A stretch of 10,807 bases of DNA from a candidate division WOR-3 bacterium (GTDB lineage: Bacteria; Hydrothermota; Hydrothermia; LBFQ01; DSFT01): the NCBI GenBank assembly GCA_965649115.1, contig CBFGJN010000061.1, positions 1 through 10,807 on the forward strand, read 5' to 3'. Below the pieces are notes generated by a model that saw nothing but the letters and a program-made list of their open reading frames with translations, was not told the origin of the DNA and made no database searches. How positions within the stretch are numbered: the first letter of the stretch is position 1; every line of letters begins with the position of its first letter. Of the stretch, positions 7,325 through 10,807 are shown one piece after another. A program made the translations under genes and the position numbers.

Positions 7325-7885
7325 ATGGCTGAAATAAGAAAAGGAATAGCAATTAAATATAAAAATGAACCCTATTTAGTCCTTGATTTCAAACATGTTC
7401 ATAAAGCAAACGATATTACTACATATTCCTTAAAGGTTAAACATATAAAAACAGGAAATGTTTATAATTTGACAATGAAAAGAGATGAACCATTTGAAGA
7501 AATTGAACTTGAAAAACATCAAGGAATTTTCTCTTATAAGCTGAATGACGAAACATTTGTATTTTTTGACAATCAAACTTACGAAGAAGTTCATTTAAAT
7601 AAATCTGATATTGAGAATGCTCTTGGGTACTTAAAGGAAGGTATGGAATTATTTATATTATATATTGATAATCAACCAATTGGTATTGAACTACCTAACT
7701 TTGTTGAACTTGAAGTTATTGAAACCGAACCTAATTTTAAAGGTGATACAGTTGCTGGTGGTGGAAAACCTGCAAAACTTGAAACGGGAATTGTTATAAA
7801 AGTTCCATATTTCATTGAAGTTGGTGATATTATAAAAGTAGATACAAGAGAAGATAAATATGTTGAAAGGGTAGGAAAAAAATGA
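7325..7885 (+). CDS. efp: Translation elongation factor P (atypical domain-I loop)
   Basis: 186 aa with [31 protein letters not shown]...[23 protein letters not shown]...YVER. Lies upstream of accB, a common linkage. Confidence 0.95.
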   Translation: MAEIRKGIAIKYKNEPYLVLDFKHVHKANDITTYSLKVKHIKTGNVYNLTMKRDEPFEEIELEKHQGIFSYKLNDETFVFFDNQTYEEVHLNKSDIENALGYLKEGMELFILYIDNQPIGIELPNFVELEVIETEPNFKGDTVAGGGKPAKLETGIVIKVPYFIEVGDIIKVDTREDKYVERVGKK

Positions 7886-8340
7886 GATTTGAAGATATTT
7901 TAAAAATTATAGAAATTTTTGAGAAAAGCAACTTAACTGAGCTTGAAATAAAAATTGATGAGCCTAAATTTAAAATAAAGCTTTCAAAAAATAATCAATT
8001 TCAAACACAAGTTGTTCAAATTCCACAAATTCAAAATTTTCAACCAATTCAAAAGGAAGAAGTTATTAAAGAAACAAAAGAAGAAAAGAAAGAAAACATT
8101 CATATTATTAAATCTCCACTTGTAGGGACATTTTATAGAGCACCTTCACCAGGTGCTGAACCATTTGTTAAAGAAGGTGATTTTGTTAAGAAAGGACAAG
8201 TTTTATGTATTATTGAAGCGATGAAAGTTATGAATGAAATTGAAAGTGATGTTGATGGTATCGTTGAAAGGATTCTTGTTGAAAATGGAAAACCTGTTGA
8301 ATATGGTCAAGAACTATTTATTATTAGGTTAAGTTCTTGA
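7882..8340 (+). CDS. accB: Acetyl-CoA carboxylase biotin carboxyl carrier protein
   Basis: [21 protein letters not shown] and the biotinylation motif [15 protein letters not shown] overlap with efp. Confidence 0.97.
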   Translation: MRFEDILKIIEIFEKSNLTELEIKIDEPKFKIKLSKNNQFQTQVVQIPQIQNFQPIQKEEVIKETKEEKKENIHIIKSPLVGTFYRAPSPGAEPFVKEGDFVKKGQVLCIIEAMKVMNEIESDVDGIVERILVENGKPVEYGQELFIIRLSS

Positions 8341-9848
8341 TTATCTTTGCTTTAATTTTAGTTCTCATCTTAAATTTAATTTTAGTAAAGCCTTTGTTTT
8401 CAAAAATTTTAAGAGCACTTGCTATATTCATTTTAATTTTAATGGTTTTAAATCCAAAAATAACAACCTACGAATATAAAAAAGAAAAAATTGCTATTGT
8501 ATTTGATTTAACAAAAAGTTCAAAGTGGCTTTTGGAATTTTATAAAAGTTTAGATACAAAAAATTTTGATAAATATGAACTTGGCGATAGTATTTACAAA
8601 TTTAAAAATTTTGAATTTAAATACAATATCACGAATTTAAATGCTTTAAGCTATCTTAAAAATTATGATAAAATCATTTATGTTGGTGATGGGTGGCATA
8701 ACTATCCATCTGAAATTGATTATAATGGTTTTTTTTCACCGATTTATGTAATTTATCCAAATGTAAAAGCAAGTGAAATATCAATAAAAAATTATATTTA
8801 TCCTAAGTTTGTTGAACCAAATGAAATTTTTCAAACTTATCTTGAAGTTTTTTCAAATAAAGATACAACAATAAATTTTCAAATTAAACTTGATACAATC
8901 ATTCAAAAGAATTTAAATTTATCAAAAGGTATAAATTCATTTACCTTTATTCTAAAAGCACCAAGTCTTGATGGAAATTATAAAATAAATTTGAAAATAT
9001 CAAATAAATTAAGACAATATAGTTTAAATGTAAAAAGTCCTTCAAAAAATGTTCTAATTAATGTTTATAAAATTACACCTGAAATTGGCCTATTAAATAG
9101 ACTTCTTAAAGATTTAGGATATAATGTTGTTTTAAATTTAAAAAATGAAAAAATTAGTGGAAATTTTGAATTAACAATTGGATATGGAAAGGATAATGGG
9201 GAAGATTTAGTTTTTATTGAGGGCAAGAAAAAATTTGTTAATTTTAGGGGCATTGATAGTGTTGTTGATTTTAAGTTAGATGAATTTATTTTAAATCCTA
9301 TTAGTGGAATTTATAATAATAGAGTTTTTGTTCTAACTAATGAGCTTTGGAAAATTGGAAGATTTGATTTTTTAGAGTATAAAAATTTATTATTGCCAAC
9401 CATAAACACTGCCTTAAATTTAAAACCAAGAATAGATATTGATTATCATGTCGTTTTCAATAAGGCATATTTAAAAGTTAGTTCAAATAATCCAAATGTT
9501 AAATTTTATTTAAATGACAAAGAAATCCCAAATTATAATGTACTTAAAATTCTTAAACCTGAAACGTTAAATTTAAAAGCGTTTTTAAATGCAAGAAAAA
9601 TTTATGAGAATAAAATTACTTTAATGCCTGATACAATTGGTTTTGAGAATGAAGAAGGAATAGATAGTTTAACACTTGCTAATCTCGTTAATAAAACAGG
9701 TGGAAAATTTATAAAAAGCCCAAATGAAATTAAATCTGAAAAAATTAAAATTCAAAAAGAAATTTTTAATAATTTATTTTTTGGATTTTTGGTTATTTTT
9801 TTAATTTTAATTGATTTTGTATTAAGAAGATTTTTCGGTTTCAGATAG
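8337..9848 (+). CDS. Membrane-anchored protein with degenerate vWA-like domain
   Basis: Two N-terminal hydrophobic helices, MIDAS-like [15 protein letters not shown], a beta-rich middle region, [12 protein letters not shown] and a C-terminal TM helix ending [14 protein letters not shown] start overlaps the accB stop. Confidence 0.6.
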   Translation: MIIFALILVLILNLILVKPLFSKILRALAIFILILMVLNPKITTYEYKKEKIAIVFDLTKSSKWLLEFYKSLDTKNFDKYELGDSIYKFKNFEFKYNITNLNALSYLKNYDKIIYVGDGWHNYPSEIDYNGFFSPIYVIYPNVKASEISIKNYIYPKFVEPNEIFQTYLEVFSNKDTTINFQIKLDTIIQKNLNLSKGINSFTFILKAPSLDGNYKINLKISNKLRQYSLNVKSPSKNVLINVYKITPEIGLLNRLLKDLGYNVVLNLKNEKISGNFELTIGYGKDNGEDLVFIEGKKKFVNFRGIDSVVDFKLDEFILNPISGIYNNRVFVLTNELWKIGRFDFLEYKNLLLPTINTALNLKPRIDIDYHVVFNKAYLKVSSNNPNVKFYLNDKEIPNYNVLKILKPETLNLKAFLNARKIYENKITLMPDTIGFENEEGIDSLTLANLVNKTGGKFIKSPNEIKSEKIKIQKEIFNNLFFGFLVIFLILIDFVLRRFFGFR

Positions 9849-10346
9849 TTCTCTTACATAAGGTAAATATCTAAATTTTTCAGAAAAATCAAGACCATAT
9901 CCTACAAGAAATTTATCAGGAACAACGAAACCAACATAATCTGCTTTTATATCAACTTTTCTTCTTTCAACTTTATCAAGCAAAACAGCTAATTTAAGAG
10001 ATTTTGGGTTTCTTGAAAGAAATAAATCTTTTATATATTTAAGCGTTAAACCTGTGTCAAGTATATCTTCAACAATAATAACATCTTTATTTGTTATATC
10101 AAGAGAGGTGTCAAGTTCAATTCTAACAATTCCTGAACTTTCCGTAGCTTGACCATATGATGAAACTTTTATAAAATCTATTTTAGATGGAATTTTAATT
10201 TCTCTCATAAGATCTGCTAAAAATACAAAGGCTCCCTTTAAGACACCTATTAAAATTATTTCATCACAATTTTTATAATCTTCGTTTATTTTTTGTGCTA
10301 TTTCCTTAACTTTTTTTCTTATTTCATCTTCTGTTATTATGAACAT
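9822..10346 (-). CDS. hpt: Hypoxanthine phosphoribosyltransferase
   Basis: GVLKGAFVFLADL, VSSYG, PRPP-binding IIVEDILDTGLTL, LLDK and FLVGYGLD motifs. Confidence 0.97.
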   Translation of the reverse strand: MFIITEDEIRKKVKEIAQKINEDYKNCDEIILIGVLKGAFVFLADLMREIKIPSKIDFIKVSSYGQATESSGIVRIELDTSLDITNKDVIIVEDILDTGLTLKYIKDLFLSRNPKSLKLAVLLDKVERRKVDIKADYVGFVVPDKFLVGYGLDFSEKFRYLPYVRELSETEKSS

Positions 10347-10353
10347 AGTGAAA

Positions 10354-10359
10354 ATTTTA
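10354..10359 (-). promoter_or_regulatory. Putative -10 box (TAAAAT) 7 nt upstream of the hpt ATG
   Basis: Minus strand reads ccctTAAAATtttcactATG. Confidence 0.55.
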
Positions 10360-10386
10360 AGGGTAGTTTTACTTTAAAATTGGCAA

Positions 10387-10487
10387 GGGGGCTTCGTCCC
10401 CCACTGCCGAAAAATGGGTATTTATAAAGCAAAGCTTTATTTTCAGGGCGGGTGGGGAAAATATAGTAAAATAAATAATTTTAGAAT
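10387..10487 (-). repeat. MITE fragment in reverse orientation, truncated by copy 12
   Basis: Hairpin 2 remnant, hairpin 1 at 10424-10440, agggcgggtgggg and the left arm, which stops at ttttagaat. Confidence 0.78.
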
Positions 10488-10692
10488 TGCTTTGTCTAAT
10501 AAATAGTGTTAAGTGATTGATTATCAATAGTTTATGAAAATTATGCTGAAATTATTGATTTTTTGGGGGGAATTAAAGGGGGGCGGAGCCCCCCGAGGCA
10601 TAAAAATGGGTTTTTTAAAGCCAAAGGCTTAATAGCAGGGTGGGTGGGAAAAATAAGAAATAATGATATTTTCAGAATTATTAGACAAAGCA
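10488..10692 (-). mobile_element. MITE copy 12 (205 bp, full length, reverse orientation)
   Basis: Ends tgctttgtctaataa / ttattagacaaagca form a perfect 15-bp inverted repeat. All internal motifs are present in reverse order. Confidence 0.9.
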
Positions 10693-10701
10693 TAATTTAC
10701 T

Positions 10702-10807
10702 TGCTTTGTCCAATAATTATTGTTAAGCGATTGATAATCAATAATTTATAAAATTTTTAAGGAAATTGTTGATTTATTGGGGGGATTATTAGGGGGGCTT
10801 CGCCCCC
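10702..10807 (-). mobile_element. MITE copy 13 (reverse orientation, truncated by window edge)
   Basis: TIR tgctttgtccaataa lies exactly 9 bp (taatttact) from copy 12. Palindrome at 10724-10748. Confidence 0.85.

Noticed and set aside
9065..9253. 62-aa minus-strand ORF
   Set aside because: Antisense within the 503-aa CDS, with no independent support.
10563..10751. 62-aa ORF in the repeat cluster
   Set aside because: It crosses two MITE copies and their junction. Indels among copies break the frame, and there are no transposase motifs.

Overview
Very AT-rich bacterial chromosomal window with nine CDSs: a TPR-like protein, hflX, clpX, a solitary DUF5618/PaREP1-type HEPN-like protein, holB, efp, accB, a membrane-anchored vWA-like protein and hpt. 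All five intergenic regions contain one ~205-bp non-coding repeat family, about 13 full or deleted copies plus 4 fragments, roughly a quarter of the window. It behaves as a MITE: 15-bp terminal inverted repeats (TGCTTTGTCYARTAA...TTAYTRGACAAAGCA), 9-bp flanking direct repeats, head-to-tail arrays spaced by exactly 9 bp, and nested insertions. Internally it has two triloop hairpins (one with compensatory stem changes) and a palindrome of two back-to-back IHF-consensus sites. No transposase is present. Other notable signals are a shared TAAAAT-N6/7-ATG motif suggesting leaderless transcripts at four operon starts, and an EF-P lacking the PGKG/PGRG loop.
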